A stretch of DNA of 41,501 bases from an uncultured Anaerolineales bacterium (GTDB lineage: Bacteria > Chloroflexota > Anaerolineae > UBA3071): positions 1 through 41,501 of the forward strand of contig CBDURC010000002.1 of the NCBI GenBank assembly GCA_965369635.1. The letters run 5' to 3'. Numbering within the stretch: the first letter of the stretch is position 1; each line of letters opens with the position of its first letter. A program made the position numbers and the translations under genes. Under the pieces are notes generated by a model. It saw only the letters and a program-made list of their open reading frames with translations. It did not search any database and had not been told where the DNA came from. Shown here piece after piece: positions 17,089 through 23,564 of the stretch.

Positions 17089-17604
17089 ATGTATCAACAA
17101 CAGCCCTCCAAGAACCCAGCTCTGGCAGCCATCCTCAGTTTCCTGATCAATGGTCTGGGGCAGATCTACAACGGAGAGATTGCCAAAGGGATCATCATCA
17201 TTGTCGTCCAGATTGTGAACGGGTTGCTGACTATGGTGATTATCGGTTTCATCACTTTGCCTATCGTCTGGATCTGGTCGATCTACGACGCCTATACGGT
17301 TGCCCAGAAGATCAATGAGGAGGCCACAACACAGGTCATTGAGGGAACCAAGCAATGCCCGCGTTGCGCTGAACGTGTTCATTTGAGTGCACAGGTTTGT
17401 CGCTATTGCGGCTATCAGTTCGTTCCGGCTGTAGCAGCCCTAGCAACGCCTGCGCAGCAACCGGTTTTCCCTCAGTCGCCTCCTTCTGCACAGCCGCCAC
17501 AGCCGGCTGCGGCGCAAACAAAGCCCTGTCCCCAGTGTGGTCAGCAGGCTCAAGCCGAGGCACGCTTCTGTATGCATTGCGGATATGCGTTTGAGACAGC
17601 ATAG
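17089..17604 (+). CDS. Small two-TM membrane protein with two C-terminal zinc ribbons
   Basis: 171 aa. N-terminal NPALAAILSFLINGLGQIYNG motif plus a second TM. Ribbons CPRCAERVHLSAQVCRYCG and CPQCGQQAQAEARFCMHCG are separated by a Pro/Gln/Ala linker. Confidence 0.75.
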   Translation: MYQQQPSKNPALAAILSFLINGLGQIYNGEIAKGIIIIVVQIVNGLLTMVIIGFITLPIVWIWSIYDAYTVAQKINEEATTQVIEGTKQCPRCAERVHLSAQVCRYCGYQFVPAVAALATPAQQPVFPQSPPSAQPPQPAAAQTKPCPQCGQQAQAEARFCMHCGYAFETA

Positions 17605-17814
17605 CCGGCCGTTTCGGCCGTCCCGCCAGCACAGTCCGACGTCTCGCTGGATGGCCATGTGTCAAAGTCAGCTGAAGACGCGGTTGATCCAGTCGCTTGA
17701 CGTGCTATCAGGAAACTGAGTCTTCCACCTCTCGGCTAGGAAGTAGAACAAAGTCACAATCGGTTCACTGCTCGGCTGGAGCAGGATGGTTAATCGCATG
17801 AACTGAGGTGCCCT

Positions 17815-19437
17815 ATGATGCGAGTTCCTCACCTACGGCGCGTAATTCTAACGTCACTACTTTTGGCCGTGTGCCTCTTCACGGATTGTCGTCAGGCAAC
17901 ACACGCCTCGGAGCCACCCATTTGGCGTGGCGGGCTCCTTTGTGAGCCAACGCAGCAACACTTCCGAGGCGTGGAGTATTGTACGTCTGAGGATAGACAG
18001 GTACACGTCATCGTTGTGGATCTCCACAGCCCAGGTGTCCGGTTGGAGTACATCATTGCTAAGGGTATGAACGGAGACGGGACGTTTGGCGAGTGCAGAG
18101 ATGTCAACCGGCCGTACTGGGGGCCAGTCCGGGGAGGGTGCCACGACAGTAAGAATGAGCTCTATCCGGTGATGTCGTTGGCCGACGCTGTCAGGCGCTA
18201 TACCACTGCTGCAGCAGTGATCAATAGTGACTACGGGGCTTTTGAACCGGGCGAACCAAAGAACCGGGGGCATGGCCCTGAAGGGTTCACTGTAGTTCGC
18301 GGCGATCGTCGAGATGGTCCTGCACTTGGAGACACCGACAACAACGCCGAGAACCGTCCCTGGCTAGCGGTCAGCCAAGATGCGCCTCTGCGAGCGGAAC
18401 TGCGGCAGTTTGGCCCAGGCAAGGACGACGGTGGCAAGCCCGACTGGGTGTATACAGGAGTGGGTGGCGCTCCGTGGCTGATCAGGCACGGCAGCATCCA
18501 AAACGAGCACGTCGCAACTTGCAGGGACGCGAGGGAGGGGGCTTGCCGCCAAGGTGCAGCACAGACGGCCGCGGGGCTTTCTTCCGATGGGCGCTGGCTG
18601 TTCCTGGTGGTGGATGAGCGCAAGGTGGTGGAAGAGCGCAAAGCCATGTTGATCGATCTTGCCGAATTCATGTATGAGCGGTTGGGGGTCTCGGAAGCCA
18701 TCAAGTTCGATGGCGGCGGTTCTTCCCAACTATGGTATGGTGGAGAGGTTATCACACCCCGTGATGAGCGACTTCTCTCGCAATACCTGGCGGTTATAGC
18801 AGACCAGGGGCATGGAATCGATAACAACGCTGGCGTACCTGAATTGCACGCATCGCCCGTTTCCCTCGTTTTCTATGACATTGTGCTGCCTGGAGAAACG
18901 GCTGAGTTGACGTTTAGGATGCGCAATGAGGGACGCACGGCGTGGGAGCATTCTGGGTATTCGTTGGTTGTTGTAGAAAAAAACCTGACGTCAGCACCTA
19001 TGTCATTGCCGGTGGAAGGTGCTGTACTGCCAGGCGACACCTCCCAATGGACAGTGCGGATTCCAACCGAGGCTGGTTCTGTTTGGCCCGATCTGCGCTC
19101 CGTGACCTGTCAGATGCACTACGAAGATGAGGCCTTTGGCAAAGTCGCTACCGGCTATGTGATCGTGTTGCCAGAAAAGCTGAAGTGGCTCGAAGGCCGT
19201 ATCCGAGAGCAAATCGAGGAATGGCAGCAGCAGGGCGAGCAGGCGGTCGAGGACCTGATGCAGCAGATATGGGACTCGATCCAAAAAGAATTCGCAGAGC
19301 AGCGTGACCAATTGCTAGAGAGGTTATGGCGAAAGGTCAAGGGGTTTGTCGAAGAGCTTCTTGCGTCGTGTACGGGATCATTTGCGATGCTGGGATTGGC
19401 GCTGGCTTTCACATGTCGGCGACGACGTCGCCACTGA
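17815..19437 (+). CDS. Secreted phosphodiester glycosidase (NAGPA/DUF2233) family protein with an Ig-like domain, coiled coil and C-terminal TM plus poly-Arg tail
   Basis: 540 aa with a signal peptide. Family-typical blocks are AAAVINSDYG, GGAPWLIRHG, AAGLSSDGRWLFLVVDE, AIKFDGGGSSQLW. C-terminus is SCTGSFAMLGLALAFTCRRRRRH. No zinc ribbon. Confidence 0.7.
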   Translation: MMRVPHLRRVILTSLLLAVCLFTDCRQATHASEPPIWRGGLLCEPTQQHFRGVEYCTSEDRQVHVIVVDLHSPGVRLEYIIAKGMNGDGTFGECRDVNRPYWGPVRGGCHDSKNELYPVMSLADAVRRYTTAAAVINSDYGAFEPGEPKNRGHGPEGFTVVRGDRRDGPALGDTDNNAENRPWLAVSQDAPLRAELRQFGPGKDDGGKPDWVYTGVGGAPWLIRHGSIQNEHVATCRDAREGACRQGAAQTAAGLSSDGRWLFLVVDERKVVEERKAMLIDLAEFMYERLGVSEAIKFDGGGSSQLWYGGEVITPRDERLLSQYLAVIADQGHGIDNNAGVPELHASPVSLVFYDIVLPGETAELTFRMRNEGRTAWEHSGYSLVVVEKNLTSAPMSLPVEGAVLPGDTSQWTVRIPTEAGSVWPDLRSVTCQMHYEDEAFGKVATGYVIVLPEKLKWLEGRIREQIEEWQQQGEQAVEDLMQQIWDSIQKEFAEQRDQLLERLWRKVKGFVEELLASCTGSFAMLGLALAFTCRRRRRH

Positions 19438-19648
19438 TCTGACGCGGAGAGGGTCCAATGTCCTTTGGCGCACGAGACCAAAGCGATACTCCAGAAATGA
19501 CTGAAGCTCAGCAGGAAACAAGCACATCCAAATAGAGCCCGGCAAAACAGGCAGCAAGGAACGAGGGCCAGGAGATATCCCCGTCTATCGTGAAGGGCGC
19601 CTCAAGAATAGATAGTAGACGGTAGGTAGCAATGAGGAGAGTGCGTGC

Positions 19649-20143
19649 ATGCCATCAGACACCTCCGATCACAGAGATACCAAGAGTGTCCGAGAAGCCC
19701 GTTCAGATACGGCCTCCACCGCCAAGCGGCTGAGACCGACCGGCAGGCGGGCCATGCAGGGCAAGTTGTCGCCCGAGAAATCGCCCTCGATTGGTTCACT
19801 CCGGAAGGAAGCCGTGTACAATGCCTGGAAGCAGGAGAGTGAGTTGGTTCGAGCCGCCGGGAGCGGTACTCGTTCCTGGAAACCAGGTGAACTGAGCCGA
19901 CTGCGCCGGCTGCGCCCAGGAGAGACGATAAAGGGCTACGAGGGACATCACATGTACAATGTGAAGCACCATCCCAGGTGGGCAGGCGACCACCGCAATA
20001 TCGAGTTCGTGACGGAAAAAGAGCACCTGGCGCGGCATCCAGGCAATTTCCATAAACCCACCACGGGAAAGCTCATTGATCGGGAGAAGATGATCAGGAC
20101 GGCGCGCAGGAACCGCCAACAGGTACGATACGCCAAGTCATGA
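19649..20143 (+). CDS. Stand-alone HNH/EndoVII-fold nuclease toxin domain protein, GHH type (Tox-GHH-like)
   Basis: 164 aa. Basic, disordered N-terminal ~70 aa, then WKPGELSRLRRL...IKGYEGHHMYNVKHHPRWAGDHRNIEFVTEKEHLARHPGNFHKPTTGKLIDR (GHH at 19943-19951). GAGGAG RBS 8 nt upstream. Domain assignment is from remembered family signatures and has not been searched. Confidence 0.6.
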   Translation: MPSDTSDHRDTKSVREARSDTASTAKRLRPTGRRAMQGKLSPEKSPSIGSLRKEAVYNAWKQESELVRAAGSGTRSWKPGELSRLRRLRPGETIKGYEGHHMYNVKHHPRWAGDHRNIEFVTEKEHLARHPGNFHKPTTGKLIDREKMIRTARRNRQQVRYAKS

Positions 20144-20154
20144 GGAGGAATCTG

Positions 20155-20580
20155 ATGATTGAGCAGATCAAGTCTTTTCTAATGGATCACGGCTGGGAGT
20201 TTGAGCAGGTCGATGAGTGCACAATCGCCACTGGTTTCACCTCTTCCCTGCCCGATGGCCGTGAGCACAGCTTTCCACTATACGTCATGATCCTCAGGGA
20301 CATGTTCGAGGACCTGTATGTCCGTCTGGGCATTGTGCCCTACGTGGACAGGCCGAAGGCTGGCTACGCTGCCAATCTCCCCAGTCTGATCACCCAGATT
20401 AACCATGACCTGCCAGAGCTGAAACTTGCCGTTGATCCTGATGGGGATTTGGAGTTGCTCCTTGACATGCCCGCAAGTCAGGTCGATCAGGCTCGCTTTG
20501 ATGCGGCGATCCAGTCTGTGGCTGACTACGCAGGCCTCTACTACAACGAAGTTGCGTCTGCTTCAGTATCAGGCTCGTGA
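20155..20580 (+). CDS. YbjN / T3SS-chaperone-like small acidic protein, putative immunity or antitoxin partner
   Basis: Preferred start is ATG 20155 (MIEQIKSF), 6 nt after a perfect AGGAGG. An alternative ATG at 20140 overlaps the toxin stop as ATGA. The pattern is YbjN-like: GWEFEQVDE...F.LYVMI...LYVRLGIVPYV...LAVDPDGDLELLLDMP. Confidence 0.55.
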   Translation: MIEQIKSFLMDHGWEFEQVDECTIATGFTSSLPDGREHSFPLYVMILRDMFEDLYVRLGIVPYVDRPKAGYAANLPSLITQINHDLPELKLAVDPDGDLELLLDMPASQVDQARFDAAIQSVADYAGLYYNEVASASVSGS

Positions 20581-21854
20581 CCAAGCAGTCCCGTTTCTGC
20601 CCCAACTGTGGCGCACAACAGCGCCGGCCCGATGGTCGCTTCTGCCCCAACTGCGGCCAGCCTTGGGGTGTGCAGGCGGCAGATGCAGCAACTCCAGAGC
20701 GTGAGCCAGACCGCCGCAGCCGCCGGCTCGTGTGGCTGCTGCCCCTGGTGCTGGTGGCAGCGCTTGTGTTGGCTACTGTGATCTTCTGGGAGCCAGCGAG
20801 CGAAGCGTACCAGGTGCTGATAGGTCGCTGGCGATCCAGTACACCGCCCACACCCGCTGTTCCCATGGCCAGGGCGGTAGCAACTCAGACGAGAGTGGCA
20901 AGCGCTGCACCCGAAGAACCCGCAGTCCCTGGCGTGCTCCCGACGGCAACGCCACCGCCAACAGCCACTGCGCCACTAGCGCCTACGCCGCAGCCGACCA
21001 ACACTCAGCCGCCCACGGCGCCGCCTAAGCCTACCGCCACACCCCAGCCCACGGCGACACCGCCAGCGACGGCGACGCCCTCGCCCACTACCATCCCCAG
21101 TCCATCACCAACACCTGAGCTGATGGCCTTTGTGCGCGAGAACGCTAGCCTGCGGACGGGGCCAGGTCAGGACTTCGACCGAATCGAGGTGCTGGCTGGT
21201 GGTCAGCAGTTGATGATACTGGGACGCGACGAGGCGGGCGACTGGCTCCAGGTGGAAGCACCCGATGGCGCCACCGGTTGGATCTTCGCAGACCTTCTCA
21301 ATACGGGTTCGCTGATGATTGGTGCCATTCCCGTGACGACTGCGCCGAATCTGCCGCAATGCGCCATTGCAGTTGATGGCCGCTTGCGTACCGCCTACCA
21401 GCGCAGTTTGCTGGGTTGCCCGATTGCCGAGGCACACATCACGTGGTCGGCATGGGAGCCCTTCGAGCGGGGGGCGATGCTCTGGCGCGGCGATACGAAT
21501 AGAGTGACAGTGTATCACTCAGATGGCTGGGCGACGATTGATGACTCGTGGGATGGGGTATCGCCGCCGTCCTCTCGTGGGTCTCCACCTTTCGGTCTGC
21601 AGGCGCCCGTGCGGGGGTTTGGCTGGCTGTGGGGGCGTCGGGACGACGTGTTCAACTGGATGGGCTGGGCCACAGACATCGAGAAGGGATTCTGCGCCCT
21701 CGTACAGGACTTCGACCGAGGCTTCATCTACACCAAGAGCGATGCCTCGCACTGTACGGATCGATGGGGCAACCGCAACTTCAGCCTGGCCCATGAATTG
21801 CCCAGGCTCTTAAGCGCCGCTTACGAGAACGGCGCTAGTTGGAAGTCCTACTGA
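20577..21854 (+). CDS. Zinc ribbon - TM - PT linker - SH3b - conserved C-terminal module protein
   Basis: 425 aa. GTG start overlaps the upstream TGA (GTGA). Ribbon FCPNCGAQQRRPDGRFCPNCG. TM LVWLLPLVLVAALVLATVIFW. SH3b-like LRTGPGQDFDRIEVLAGGQQLMILGRDEAGDWLQVEAPDGATGWIF. The C-terminal module is shared with the next gene. Confidence 0.75.
   Translation: MTKQSRFCPNCGAQQRRPDGRFCPNCGQPWGVQAADAATPEREPDRRSRRLVWLLPLVLVAALVLATVIFWEPASEAYQVLIGRWRSSTPPTPAVPMARAVATQTRVASAAPEEPAVPGVLPTATPPPTATAPLAPTPQPTNTQPPTAPPKPTATPQPTATPPATATPSPTTIPSPSPTPELMAFVRENASLRTGPGQDFDRIEVLAGGQQLMILGRDEAGDWLQVEAPDGATGWIFADLLNTGSLMIGAIPVTTAPNLPQCAIAVDGRLRTAYQRSLLGCPIAEAHITWSAWEPFERGAMLWRGDTNRVTVYHSDGWATIDDSWDGVSPPSSRGSPPFGLQAPVRGFGWLWGRRDDVFNWMGWATDIEKGFCALVQDFDRGFIYTKSDASHCTDRWGNRNFSLAHELPRLLSAAYENGASWKSY
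20938..21117 (+). repeat. Pro/Thr/Ala-rich linker coding region
   Basis: Encodes LPTATPPPTATAPLAPTPQPTNTQPPTAPPKPTATPQPTATPPATATPSPTTIPSPSPTP. Confidence 0.8.
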
Positions 21855-21887
21855 TCGCGGATTATCCTAAGACGAGTAACGAAGACG

Positions 21888-23510
21888 ATGGCAGATCACC
21901 CGATGTTCTGTCCCCAATGCGGGGCACCTTCTGACAATCCTGACGCTCGCTTCTGCGGCCAATGTGGAGGCTCTATGCCAGGGGCAGCCACCAGCATCTC
22001 AACGGGCGCCAAGCCGATGGCAGTCTCAAGTGAACGCCAGTCTCGCCCGAGGCGCCGGTGGCCAATCGTGTTGGCAGTTGTGTGCTTGCTGGTGCTGGCC
22101 GGGGCAGCGCTCGTCTGGTTAACACCTGCGCGGGAGCTTGTGCTGGCCATGCTGCCGCTCGGCCGATCGGAGTTGCCACCAATGCCCAGAGGGGCACCCT
22201 CGCCGACCGGTGCGGCTGCAACCGAGACACTGGTACAGACACCCACGTCTGTTGTAACAGCGACTCCAGAAATACGAGCTACCCAGCCTCAACCCTCTAC
22301 GCTGACGCCAACGGCAACCACCGCGCCGCCAACGCTGCCTCCCACCAGCACGCCGCGTCCAACGGCGACGTTTCCACCCACAGCCACGCCTCTGCTCACA
22401 GCGACTGCGGCCGCGACGCCGACGCCTGTTGAGCCGTCACCCGCTCCGCCGGCTACCCTTCACTACCACACACTCTCTCTGCAAGGGATCGCCAACGCCA
22501 ACATAGCCGAGGGCTACGTCGGCCCACCACTGGGCAACGTGACCCTGGGAAGCGTGCCTTTCAATCTGGGCCAGGGCGGGAGCGTCACTACCCAGGCGGA
22601 ACCGCTTCCTGATCATCCCCAGCAGGTGCGACTGCCAGCCGATGTACCCAGACCCCATGCTGTCTACTTGCTGGTTACCGGCGGCAACATGTATAGTCGC
22701 TTTGCCGGCCGAGTCATCGGTCTAGTGCGACTCGTCTTCGATGATGGCGCAGACTATGACATTGATTTGATCAGCGGCCAAAACATCCGCGAATGGAAGC
22801 ACTCCGGCGAGGGAATTGTATCAGAGGCAAGCAGTCCTGACTTGACTGAGGTATGGCGGGGGCAAAATCGCCATGATGAGGGCACAGCAGTCATAGACAT
22901 GCTCACCATCTGGGTGCCTGAGGGACTGCGAGGAAAACGGCTGTCCAGCATTGAGATCAACGACCGCAGCACCGAAACCGTCGGCGAGATGGATCCAGCC
23001 CTAAACTGGATCGGTGCGACAGTGGCCGGTGCCGAAAACGTCCAGCCAACGCCCGCTCCACCAGCATGTCAGTTCGAACCGGAAGGCCGCTTCGCTGCCC
23101 TATGGCAGCAGCACCGAGATCTACTAGGCTGTCCACTCAACCAGCCTACCCAAAGCGGTGCCGCCACCGAGCGGTTTCAGCACGGTCGCATGATCTGGGG
23201 TGAGAACAGAGACTGGCACTACGTGCTGTACGATGACGGAACGTGGGAGAGCTATGGCAACGAGTACGAAGAAGGCATGCAAGAGCCCGGAATCTATCAA
23301 CCGCCGACTGGCCTGTTCGTACCGGTGCTTGGTTTCGGCATTGTTTGGCACAAGCACCTGGGCGGAGCCGATGCTCGTATCGGCTGGGCGACTGAGCAAG
23401 AGTACTGGCTGCCTATTCAGGTGCAGGATTTCGAAACCGGTCTCGCCATTGAAATGGAGAGCGTGACCTATCTGCTGGGCGATAGTGCCGCCCGCTGGTT
23501 CACGCCGTGA
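21888..23510 (+). CDS. Zinc ribbon - TM - PT linker - unknown ectodomain - conserved C-terminal module protein (paralogous architecture to 20577-21854)
   Basis: 540 aa. Ribbon MFCPQCGAPSDNPDARFCGQCG. RPRRRW plus TM PIVLAVVCLLVLAGAALVWL. C-terminal LLGCPLNQ...RFQHGRMIWGE...VLGFGIVW...IGWATEQE...VQDFETG aligns with the previous gene. Confidence 0.75.
   Translation: MADHPMFCPQCGAPSDNPDARFCGQCGGSMPGAATSISTGAKPMAVSSERQSRPRRRWPIVLAVVCLLVLAGAALVWLTPARELVLAMLPLGRSELPPMPRGAPSPTGAAATETLVQTPTSVVTATPEIRATQPQPSTLTPTATTAPPTLPPTSTPRPTATFPPTATPLLTATAAATPTPVEPSPAPPATLHYHTLSLQGIANANIAEGYVGPPLGNVTLGSVPFNLGQGGSVTTQAEPLPDHPQQVRLPADVPRPHAVYLLVTGGNMYSRFAGRVIGLVRLVFDDGADYDIDLISGQNIREWKHSGEGIVSEASSPDLTEVWRGQNRHDEGTAVIDMLTIWVPEGLRGKRLSSIEINDRSTETVGEMDPALNWIGATVAGAENVQPTPAPPACQFEPEGRFAALWQQHRDLLGCPLNQPTQSGAATERFQHGRMIWGENRDWHYVLYDDGTWESYGNEYEEGMQEPGIYQPPTGLFVPVLGFGIVWHKHLGGADARIGWATEQEYWLPIQVQDFETGLAIEMESVTYLLGDSAARWFTP
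22285..22452 (+). repeat. Pro/Thr/Ala-rich linker coding region
   Basis: Encodes QPQPSTLTPTATTAPPTLPPTSTPRPTATFPPTATPLLTATAAATPTPVEPSPAPP. Confidence 0.8.
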
Positions 23511-23564
23511 CAAGCTCCTCATGGCAGAATTGCTCGGCACAGAGGCCTCAGAAGATCAGAAGAG

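Noticed and set aside
17605-17625. CGGCCG-TTT-CGGCCG hairpin right after the 17089-17604 stop, as a terminator splitting the cluster.
   Set aside because: It has only a 6-bp stem and a 3-nt loop with no downstream T-run. It may slow transcription but cannot be called a terminator, so the question of operon continuity is left open.
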